A DNA stretch of 64,000 nt, from assembly GCA_025786725.1 (NCBI GenBank), contig JAHLTZ010000001.1, positions 248,001 to 312,000 of the forward strand, written 5' to 3'. Below are positions 52,634 to 64,000 of the stretch, piece by piece. The position numbers and the translations under genes were made by a program. The notes beneath the pieces were generated by a model. That model saw only the letters and a list, made by a program, of their open reading frames with translations. It did not search any database and was not told the DNA's origin. The number at the start of each line of letters is the position of its first letter. Position 1 is the stretch's first letter. Origin of the DNA: Syncephalis fuscata S228. Lineage: Eukaryota > Fungi > Zoopagomycota.

Positions 52634-54253
52634 TATCAACTACTAGCTGCATTTTATTCATTAATTATTCAAAAATCTATTAAATTTTGCGTTAAATTTA
52701 AGCGAGAAATCTACATGTGAACGCTTTGTGTCATAATGTCAATACCCATAACATCTACATTTAGCAAAGTTAATGAAAGCAACCAGTAGATCGCTGATTG
52801 TTTTCTTTACCTCTTTTTTGCTACTTAAACAATTTTAATTAGCAGCACTGTTTTCTTGTGTGCGATCAATGGCGACTGTATAAAGCTGTATTTTAAATAT
52901 CAATTGTTTGTCTTGAATCAATACTGTAACCGGTGCCAATGTCGACAATTGGCCGTTGTCTAAAGACTCTCTGATTATATCCCCTTCTAGTCTACATTTA
53001 AATATATGTTATTTTTTAATATTTACGTTTATATATTATTATTTTTATTGAATTATTTTTTTATTTTGTTGAAACATAAATAATATAATACAAGTAAACA
53101 ACTAAAGACATTATAGTTTGTGCGGTTTAACGAGTGGAATGCTTAAAATCAAAGTCTATAACCAATAAAATATATTTAACACATAAAATAGTATATAATA
53201 GTATATGACATTATTATATTTAATATTTACATAATATTTAATCCCTTTTATACTAAAGAATTGTAATCTTTATCTTGTAATTGATTGTATTTTAAAAGCT
53301 CTGATGGCGTTGATGATCGAAAGAGCGATGATATCCAATTTAATATACAATTGATATGAATTCACTTTTATGAATATATAACCAATAAATTAAATGCTTG
53401 GCTTGTTACGTCTATTATTTTATTGATTAAACTTGTAAATCGATATTTATTTAGTCAATAAAACTTTTGGAACAAAAAATTATTAGTTATACTGTTTAAT
53501 TTACTGTTTCCTTAATATTAGTAATTAAACACTAATTAAACTAAATTTAAACCTACCGATAAAGCCATTTTATTAAATACTGTATTCATAAGAAATAGGC
53601 AAATACAATAAAATTACACATAGAAAACAAGTTAATGCAATACTGGAGTAGTGAGAATATTTACCGTATAATTGTGCTGTTTGGCCAAATTGAAGTAGCT
53701 TCATAGCGAGTACATGCATGTTAGATTGTCGAAGCATATCTGTATGCATGTTGCCACGTTGGTATGGCAAAATGACAAAACGGTCATTCACGAGTTGATT
53801 GAGCAGCAGAGAAGTAAACTGCTTTTGCTGTTATGTTGTTATTTTATGAAATAAAATTAAATATAATAAAAACAATAAGTAATAACTAATGAATCATCTT
53901 TTTAATAGTTATTTTAAGCGTGTATTTGAAAGGTAAGTAAATAGCTTCTTATAATGATATGCACTGTTTTAAGCCAGACTGTGGTCGTGCATGCAGCTGG
54001 GTAAATAAACTGGTATTGTGGGTGTATAGCTACGTATGCATACTAAATCATCGTGTGGTCCTATTTATCATTCAAATTGCGTTCAGGTAGCATTGGTTGT
54101 ACAATATACAATATGTCGGTCTGCCATTATCGCATATTTAAATACTGTGCAATGCCCATACAAATCAAGTTAGTAATTTACTGTCATTGTCTACTTCTTA
54201 TTGTAAACTGCCACTTTTTGTCTATTTGTCTATTCGATTTAACAACTAATAAT

Positions 54254-54427
54254 ATGAGGCTTACTACTGCTGCTATTTACACCATTGGTGTTATCTTTGT
54301 AGCCAATATGGCTATAATTGATTCGGAACCAGTTGTGGTTCGTCGTGGACCTCTAATTAAAAGAAAAGTTAATCTTCGTTCAAGAGTTGACAATCCTGGT
54401 AGTCCTGGCCGATCTGGCAATTCTTAG
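54254..54427 (+). CDS. Small putative secreted basic peptide (57 aa)
   Basis: MRLTTAAIYTIGVIFVANMAIIDS signal-like N-terminus, then Arg/Lys/Pro-rich; could be a truncated gene. Confidence 0.5.
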   Translation: MRLTTAAIYTIGVIFVANMAIIDSEPVVVRRGPLIKRKVNLRSRVDNPGSPGRSGNS

Positions 54428-55305
54428 AATACCGGCAATACTCGTAAATGTACCATTTCAAGCAACCTTAAAGTATTAAGCAATACATTAACTTTAAAAT
54501 AAAATTTGAATATGACATTATAATTCCAGATTTTCCTATTATACATTTAGTATATAATCTGGAAATCAATTTAAAACTATATTACATGCTCGTTTAGAGT
54601 ATTAATAAATACCAATCGTACATAATTAACAAATCCGCTTTTTTATGTTTAATGTTATAAATAAATAGGCAATAGTAACCATACATTTAAAAATTATTGT
54701 AGTTTGCGCACATGGTAAATAATCAGATACAACAAAAATCAATTGCATTATTGGCTAATGCTTTTTTACAACAACTGGCAATTAATATTGCCACAAATAA
54801 GTGAATGATGTATAAATTGCGTTGCATCTAGTTCTGTTAATATTACCATATGAATAGTATTGTTTTACTAATTTATTTATAAAAATATTATTATCCTATT
54901 TGATACTTATAGATTGCTTGGGCCCTCCTACACTAAAGAATTGCAACTGCATATTTTGTGCTATATTTAGGCGACATTTGCCACTCATCCAAAAACTGCT
55001 ATACAAGCAATTAGCTTTTTCCATTAATGAGGAATATCTAAGCTTTCATAGCTTATTTTTACAAGATTTTATAGATTTACAATTGTTGTTTTATTTTTAT
55101 TGTGACTTTATAATTGATTAAAATATAAAGTGGTAATTATATAAATGCATACTAGTCATTTAAGTACTAAATCTTTTAAACAATAAAAATATAATGTATA
55201 CAAATACTTTTGCAAAAAAAAGTCTATTAATTGGTAGAAAACAAAACTATATCATTATCAAAATAGCTATCAATTGCATTTTATTCATTCATTATCCACA
55301 ATCCA

Positions 55306-56444
<1,139 letters not shown>

Positions 56445-57105
56445 GATTGTATGACGAAAAAGAGAGAAATAAAACGAGTTTCAGTTATCGATAATTATAA
56501 TTGTATGTTAAAGAGAAAGATATGATTTTAGTTAAGTTACTATGCTTTAACTGGGCAAGTGGCTGTTTCATTATATAATATAATACAATGCTCATAGACT
56601 GTTATTACAAAAATACAAGACAATTATATCAGTTATATAAATGTTTTTGGCTATTCATATTTGAATTTGATAGCTTATTATTGTAATATTTTCGATTTTA
56701 ATGTAAATAAACAATATATAGTTTGTTAACAATAATAATAATGAATGCATTAGTGGGATAAAAGTCATTTAACATCAACATTCGTTGTTATAGAACATGT
56801 CCATTGATAAACAGCAAGCATAGTAATAAGGTTAATAAAAGATTAAACCATCTAGCACTAACATCATTATTATAGAACATATTCATTAGTAAATAGTGAA
56901 TAGTAAGAAGAATGAATTTGCCATTTATGAACATCCAGCCAATCATTAACAGCCACGGCAAGGACTTGCTACAGTAAAGCGAGTTTAAACAGTAGACTTC
57001 TCACTTATCCTTGTTTAACATTAACCTTTGCTTACTTGCTATTATTCGCGATAAGAACCAAACTACCTCAATTATCGACCGCTGCTTGTTTTCACTTGCC
57101 TTGCG

Positions 57106-59101
57106 ATGCAACTCTGGTTTAACACTGTGCCGGCATTCGTGCTACTGCTTGTGGCCAGCAGTGCGAGTGTACCAGCAGTGCATGCAACTACGGACGACGA
57201 CACTGCTGAGCAGTCGTTTGACGCGCTTATTGAGTCGGCCGATGCACATGCTGATGCTGGTCGCTTACGGGCAGCATTAAACATGTACGAATTGGCGGCG
57301 TGTAAGTTATGCTGTTTTGTTGACAGGATTCAATCGACTAACATACTATTAGTAAAAGAGCCCGACAATTATTTAGGCTATTGGAAATGCGCAGCAACGC
57401 GAATTGCACTAGGCAAATCCACGCACTTGATGAGAGATCTAGCCAAAGTATTGGAATTGAAGCCAGCATTCAACGGGGTAAGCCAAACAACAAATTTGTT
57501 ATAATACAGTTGAAACAAAAATTAACGCGAATCTACAGGCTCGCCTGGAGCGAGCACGAATATACACCAAAGAGGGTAAATTTACAAACGCCAAAGAAGA
57601 TCTAGAGGCAATAGAAAGTGAAGAAGGTGAAGAAAGCGAAAAATCAAGTGGAACAGAAGAGCTAGTAAGTAGTTGGTGGGCATAGTATTCTAATGCTTAC
57701 ATATTATTATATTATTATAACTAGAAAAGTGATATTCAGTCAGCAATTAATGCACAAGAAGCAATGAACAAATCAGTCGAGGACAAGGATTATAAAGGAT
57801 GTGTAAAACAAGCCACTGAATTACAACGCATTGCTTCGAATCTAGCCAGTGTCCGACGTGTACGTGCCAAGTGTTATTTAGCACAAGGCAAGATCGATCA
57901 AGCTGTAAATGATTTATCGTAAGTTATTTATAATATGGTGATTCATTATTATATTTTGTATCAATACTGATTATATATTGTTTAGACGAGCGTGGCATTG
58001 GAGCCGGATGATGCGGCAACACATTTACTTACAGCACGTTTAAAATTTTTTGCACTTGATTCTCAATCGGTTGCAATGGCTCATGTGAGACAGTGTCTAC
58101 ACTATGATCCAGAACATAAACAATGCAAGCTGTTCTTCCGTAAATTCAAAAAACTAGACAAAGAAATTCAACAGGCAGCTAAAGAAGCAGATAATAAGAA
58201 ATGGTCAGCTGCTACGCGTAAAGTCGCAGGACCAGTAGGTAAACCAGAAGAAGGTGTAGCCCATGAAGTAGAAGAAGCTACAGATGAGCTTGAGAAGGAA
58301 CTTGATGTTAAAGACAAACTACCACGTAAACTCTACGGACGATTGGCCGGTATTGCTTGCCAAGGCTATGCAGAAGTAAGTTTGTTGTTTGTGATGCATT
58401 GTATCAAATGCTGACTTTGATATTTAGCTGAAATTGGCCGATAAAGCACTTCGCTGGTGTAATAAGTCTATTAAAGACAATCCAGATAACGTTGATGCCT
58501 ATATTTTCCGCGGTGATATGTATTTATTAAAAGAACAACTCGATGAAGCAATGGACGACTTTAACACTGCCAAAGACAAAACAAATGGTGGTGACCATCG
58601 CATACGTGAACGTATTAATCGTACAACACAGCTTAAAGCAAAAGCATCACAGCGCGATTACTACAAGATTCTTGGCGTTCCACGTGATGCAAGCAAACGA
58701 GACATTAAAAAGGCATATCGTAAGCTGGCTCAAGAATGGCATCCAGATACTTATCGCGGCAATCTACCCGCCGATAAAGTAGAAGCAAAGATGAGTGAAC
58801 TCAATGTGGCCTATGAAGTTCTTGGTGATGATGGTAATATAAATATAAATTACTATTTCATACCTAACCAATACTAATCAATCAATTTATTTATTATTAA
58901 TATGGTATAGAAAAACGAGCTCAATTTGACCAAGGTATTGACCCAGAGAATCCACATGCTAATGCCGGTGGTGGCTTCCATCATGGCCATGGATTCGGCG
59001 GCGAGTCATTCTTCCACGGTCAAGGTGGCGGTAGCCCATTCGACTTTTTCTTTAACGGTGGTGGTGGTGGCGGTGGTAATCACTTTCAGTTCCAATTTTA
59101 A
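57106..59101 (+). CDS. ER TPR + J-domain co-chaperone (DnaJC3/P58IPK/JEM1 type)
   Basis: Signal peptide; TPRs; [11 protein letters not shown]; [20 protein letters not shown]; Gly/Phe-rich tail ending FQFQF*. Confidence 0.92.
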
Positions 59102-59296
59102 TTCCCAGCGTTTTAATACAAAATAAAATTTATGCTATTTGATTTGTCATCCGTTTTGAACCATCGAGAATTTTCTAGATGATGTCATTCTCATCAGCTA
59201 TATATTGACGCGATTCATTTAAATAGATTTCATAACTGATTCCAGCTTTTTTTATTGTTTATATCATTCCATTAACTCTTAACTCTCATCACCACT

Positions 59297-60387
59297 ATGT
59301 CAGATACGCATCATAATTCTACGGATTCTACTACGAATCCAATATCATCACCATCTATGATATTTCTACGATTCCATATCTACCCAACTTCTAACAGCAA
59401 CAGCAATAATAACGACAATAATAACGCAGAAAATAGCAGCCATTCATTTGATACTGCCAATACCGATGCCAATACCGATGCCAATGCCAATACCGATGCC
59501 ACAGACACTACTAGCGCCACTACTAATACAAGCGACTCCATGCCTTATTCCTTAGATTCATCGCATTACAATGGATTGTTTCAACGCTATTTACTCAAGA
59601 TGATACCTCAGATGAGGAGGGACACCATCGATCGCCTATTGTTATTGTACCATGGTTCATTAATCGTCAAGCACAGTTTGAGTCATGGGGAGAAAATGGT
59701 GACTGGTCATTGCAAGGACAGCCACCAGCAGCTGATAAAGTAATGCATGCGCTACCTATCATTTATTCGCCATTTGACGATCCTGCTATGTTGAATGAGT
59801 GTGCCATTTGTCAAGAAGTACTATTTTCATCGTCGACTATAGAAGTAGAGGCTGCATCGCCTTTTATTGATAGCGATAATAGTAACAATGAAGATGCTGC
59901 AGATACAACCATTCGACAAATGCCATGTCAGCATGGATTTCATGAGTCGTGTCTCTTTCCTTGGTTACATCGGTCAAATACATGTCCGTGTTGCCGATGG
60001 GAATTGGATACAGACAATAGTGACTATAATCGTGTAATTCATCGTCGACGATCAGAACAAATGGCCACTATGGGCAAACTGCCCTGTGCACTTACCAAGA
60101 TACACAGCTGTGGCCATACCAATTGTAACAACATAAATAAGAAAGATGATGATAAGATGGCCGATATAGCTAGCAGCAATGACAATGGTAATGAGCATGT
60201 AGATACAGAAATGATTATATTGCCTGGCTGTGGCTGTGGATTTCACAAAGATTGTTTATCAGACTTTTTACGTATTTCCGGCGATTTACCAAATACAACC
60301 ACTGAATCATCGCCTACAACAACACTACACTGTCCGATGTGCCGTCAATTACAAGATATATCGACGAATAAATTACAGTTGTTATAA
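59297..60387 (+). CDS. RING-H2 E3 ligase-like protein with a second C-terminal RING-like Cys cluster (1-bp frameshift near 59591)
   Basis: QPPAA..CAICQE..MPCQHGFHESCLFPWLHRSNTCPCCRWELDTD; LPGCGCGFHKDCL..CPMCR. Confidence 0.85.
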
Positions 60388-60659
60388 CTGTTACCTTTTT
60401 TGTATTAGCACTTTTTGTTTATATTGCATCTAATTGTATACAGTAACTATTAGTATAGTTTCATACAACCATCTAGCTACATATATATATCCATTTATAT
60501 TTGTTAAACATATTGTAATAAATATAGTTAAAATTTATCCAAGACGACACAGTGTCCATCTTTTCTTTATTCCTCAGTGTTGGACAGGTACGAAAAACAT
60601 TGAACTCTCGCAGCCAAACCAGCCAACAAAGAAGCCCGTAGAGATCGAAGCAAACAGGA

Positions 60660-61543
60660 TTAACGGTTGCCTATTAAACAGTAATAATAATAATAATAAA
60701 TATTAGTAATAATTCATCAAAATGCTGTACTAATTAAATAAAACCATACGATGGCATTGTACTTACTCTTGGCGACACGTTCCAACTCGTCCTTCTTCTT
60801 GATGGCATAGGAGTTGGATGAGCCCTTGGCGGCGTTGATAAGCTCATCGGCCAAGCATTCAGCAATGGTCTTGATGTTGCGGAAGGCAGATTCGCGAGCA
60901 CCAGTGGTCAACAAGTGAATGGACTGGTTGACACGACGGAGAGGCGACACATCGACGGCCTGACGACGCACGGTACCGGCTGAACCAATACGGGTCGAGT
61001 CTTCGCGTGGACCAGTGTTGATGATGGCATCGATCAAAACTTGGATTGGGTTTTGGTCGGTAAGCAAGTTGATGATCTCAAAAGCGTGCTTGACAATGCG
61101 GACAGCCATGAGCTTCTTGCCGTTGTTGCGACCGTGCATCATGAGCGAGTTGGTAAGACGCTCGACGATTGGGCACTAAATAAGCCATGCCAAACCAATA
61201 GAAATAGAAATAATATTGATAATATGTATATAAAAGTGCAATAGTCAGTGCTGGTTCAATTCATTGGTTATCAACTGGCCTATTGCAATAATAGATATAC
61301 GTTTCTACCCGTATATCACGTATTGTATTGCCACCATTGTTGATGTCATTAATAGCTTACCTGAGCCTTACGGAAACGCTTGACGGCGAAACGGCCGGCA
61401 GTGTGAGGAAGGTACACTGGGTGACGGATCTGAAGGTAGTCAGTCAAGGACAAATCCTTGATCTCGACATCTTCGTAGGTCCACTTGTTGAACAAGCGAA
61501 TGCCTTGGTTGTCCTTGGACACCTCACGCGGAAGGACGGTCAT
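60660..61543 (-). CDS. RPS5: 40S ribosomal protein S5 (uS7), 3 coding exons
   Basis: [58 protein letters not shown]. Confidence 0.98.
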
Positions 61544-61566
61544 GATGTAAATGTGTAACTCTCTAA

Positions 61567-61719
61567 AAGTGGCGATGATTAGTATTGTGTTGCAAATCTT
61601 CATACAATAGTGCATACAACGCGTATTCAATCAGATCTACAGTGATGAATCTACACGCCAGTTGCATCGAACTGGTTGTTTGACTTGTAGCATATAGTCC
61701 ATGCACATAATCGCCACTT
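61567..61719 (-). promoter_or_regulatory. Predicted multibranch RNA structure at the 3' end of the RPS5 5'UTR intron (61563-62103)
   Basis: 10-bp closing stem aagtggcgat/atcgccactt plus several internal stems; overlaps the TACTAAT branch point. Confidence 0.6.
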
Positions 61720-61785
61720 GTTCTACACATTCTAAACACACTTTTTATAAAGTTGCTAGCAGTTATAGATACTAACGATTACACT

Positions 61786-61950
61786 ACACTATATACTGCC
61801 ATCGCATCACAGCTATACACAGCTATTACAATACAGTTATATGCTAATATTACAAAACAGCATATTCTACCAGCACACTACAGCTATATACTGCCATTAC
61901 AATGCAGCTATATACTGCCATTACAATACAGTTATATGCTAATATTACAC
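61786..61950. repeat. ~23-bp degenerate tandem repeat (cagctatatactgccattacaat) in the RPS5 5'UTR intron
   Basis: Visible repeated units. Confidence 0.75.
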
Positions 61951-62103
61951 CAACAACTATGTGCTATCATGCTATTTTTTCCATAACTCCAGTATCCTTC
62001 GTATCGCCAATTAAGCATGCATATTTGATAATTCCAAACCGCAATGCTGTAGATGGATGGATGGATGGATGTATGCACCTCCTAGATGGATATATCTACT
62101 TAC

Positions 62104-62158
62104 GATGACACTTGCCGACGAACGGATGCTACCGTGCGGATGTTGTGTTTGGAAGAGG
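62104..62158 (-). promoter_or_regulatory. Putative non-coding exon 1 of RPS5 starting at a pyrimidine CCTCTTCC motif
   Basis: GTAAGT donor at 62103 (minus strand); matching branch point and TAG acceptor at 61563, 19 nt before the ATG. Confidence 0.6.
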
Positions 62159-62859
62159 CCGCGCCAAATGGCGATCCACTGTGGTGCTGGCATTTTGCCA
62201 GTATAGATTTCAATCATCACCCACTCACGCTTGATTTGTGTTGACCCAGTTCATTTTTGCCTATTTATTTTGTACAGTTGAGTTGAAACTGTAGATCATC
62301 CGCTGTAATTCTTCCTTAGTTTATTGTAAATTACATTTTTACACTGTTTAATTATGCTTATGTTTAGTATACATATTTTTGTTTATTTATTATATAAGAT
62401 CCGTCATGAAATTTTCTATTGGTTTTATTTGTATTTTTGTTATAGTTTTTATTACCAATATAGCCATGATGGATCTGATTTAATTTGAATCCGCCGTGAA
62501 CCCATTGTAGGAAAGGATAAGTCTTGATATTAAAACAATTAAACATACAATTAATAAAAGTAAAAGTACAATAATAATGAAATTATAGTCCAATTGAAAT
62601 GCTAGTTTATTATATGTTAAATGTAAATTTTACAAGAAACAAAATCATCTAACAGTAATACCATGTAGCTAATTATACATTAATATTAGCCATATATTTC
62701 AGTTACTCGGTTATTTAATCGATGGCAATGTTATATTGTTATTAAAATCATACGTGTTATTGCCCATGTTAATCTGTACTCTTACACCAATAGATACATA
62801 ACACTATTCTGTAACAAACTATATTCATATGCTGCTTATTAGCAATAACAATAAAACAA

Positions 62860-63458
62860 CTAATAAAGATACGCGCCAAACACTGTAACAACACAGAACA
62901 GGGAATCCTATGATACGTAGTCAATATAATTTTGCTGACTATGCTTCATTCTGAACAATACTTACATTGGCGAATGTTTCTTTAACCATTTTATCCGTGT
63001 CCATATCCCAGAAACAGCGACAGTCCATTCTAATTTCAATGCGTTAATGTATATAGTAGATTTATACAAAGTAGCATACCGTGCACCAACACCCGAGTTT
63101 TCACCGATAATCACATTTACAACGTATTTGTAGCGACTAAGGTCGAGTTCTATGAAATAACGTGCTTAGTGATGAGTCGTTTATCCATGCTATAGTATAA
63201 ATACCTTGTAGTTTGTTTTTAAGAATGTCAGCTATCTCCTTTGCCGTATCCGAGGCAGTCTCTGCATCGTAGGAAGCAGACTCTAGCTTTTCTTTCAATA
63301 GCTGCTGTATCAACGTGGTGACGACAGCCGGACGGAACCTACGCGATTATATAAGATGAGCCATGTATATGTCTGTCATCTTACTTTTGTGCAAATGTTG
63401 GTCGGATACCAACAAACCCGGAGTTGGCTTCGGTACCAGATGCTTCTGTGGTTGCCAT
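62860..63458 (-). CDS. Tctex-type dynein light chain, TCTEX1D2/DYNLT2B-like (5 exons)
   Basis: IRPTFAQKFRPAVV..LKEKLESASY..RYKYVVNVIIGENSGVGARMDCRCFWDMDTD..NDSLFCVVTVFGAYLY*. Confidence 0.9.
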
Positions 63459-63519
63459 AGTTGAAATAGAAGATTCCTAATACTGTAGTGAAATAGCGGT
63501 GTATAGTATGAAAAAGGAA

Positions 63520-64000
63520 TGGCTGGCATTACTTCAATCTCCTGGGGCAGTAAATCATTTTACGCAATCAATTGTAGTGATTTGATTTGATTAATTGGTG
63601 TTTAAATGATAATTCATAATAAACATTAATCAATGTAACAACATTATCATTTCCATAAAATAGAATTGATTGTAACAGAGCATTGTATTAGTGGTTGCTA
63701 TTTTAAACATTTAAATAAACAATGTAATATGCTATTTGATTTCATTGAACCACTTGAAACCGATCATTGTTGTTGTTGGCCATGTGTAGAAAGATTGATT
63801 GAATATTAATAAAAGCCATACTTGGTATCAACTTGATAGATACAATTTATTTGCTGACCATTAATGAAGCAAATGGCCTCTACCATATGCAATAATGATA
63901 GGCTGAGTGTCTTTATTAAAAGCTCTTGTGGCGACAGTTGTAACCAGAATATACGGCATGCCGTTGAGGTTACTTGAACAGGTGTTGATGTAAATAAGAG
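63520..64000 (-). pseudogene. Fanzor relic 3 (internal ~200-bp deletion; continues beyond the window edge)
   Basis: Reverse complement aligns with 2781-2960 and 3158-3455; reads TQPIIIAYGRG..ASLM.SK..MAFINIQSIFLHMANNNNDR. Confidence 0.82.

Larger units (their letters stand above)
44335..53110. repeat. Tandem segmental triplication, period ~3.15 kb (~2.8 units)
   Basis: Anchor gcattataataatatccatataaatgatggcc recurs at ~44335, ~47491 and ~50631; units are highly similar throughout. Confidence 0.95.

Noticed and set aside
56559-56956. Possible ~400-bp MITE (gtggctgtt / aacagccac ends, internal ~55-bp direct repeat)
   Set aside because: Only a 9-bp inverted match and no TSD; too weak without other copies.
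61620-61660. C/D box snoRNA (GTGATGA)
   Set aside because: The box is antisense to the RPS5 host transcript and has no downstream CTGA partner in the structured segment.

Overview
AT-rich, intron-dense eukaryotic nuclear DNA (most introns ~50-70 nt with CTAAC/CTAAT branch points) from an early-diverging fungus. A Zoopagomycota mycoparasite such as Syncephalis is my guess from style and gene content, not a database result. Housekeeping genes: VPS18 (3' end), RPB8, sphingolipid delta-4 desaturase, GUK1, ISN1, Fpg/MutM glycosylase, VAC8, a Ras GTPase, IKS1 kinase, four PQ-loop transporters, BNA6, DnaJC3/JEM1-type co-chaperone, a RING protein, RPS5 and a TCTEX1D2-type dynein light chain. Accessory features not captured by the ORF track: (1) three decayed Fanzor (eukaryotic TnpB-like RNA-guided nuclease) relics sharing a conserved non-coding 3' tail, a candidate omegaRNA; (2) a 5.8-kb TIR-bounded insertion flanked by a 700-bp duplication of the Fpg 3' end, containing a second ~910-bp duplication and nested perfect inverted repeats, with a similar but older arrangement at BNA6; (3) a ~155-nt multibranch RNA structure covering the branch point and acceptor region of a 541-nt RPS5 5'UTR intron; (4) an ~8.2-kb orphan gene combining repeated beta-rich domains, a Sin1 CRIM-like domain and Pol II CTD-like heptads; (5) a ~3.15-kb tandem triplication of a PQ-loop gene. 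Many single-base frameshifts, mostly in homopolymers, suggest long-read assembly errors. All alignments and folds were done by eye.
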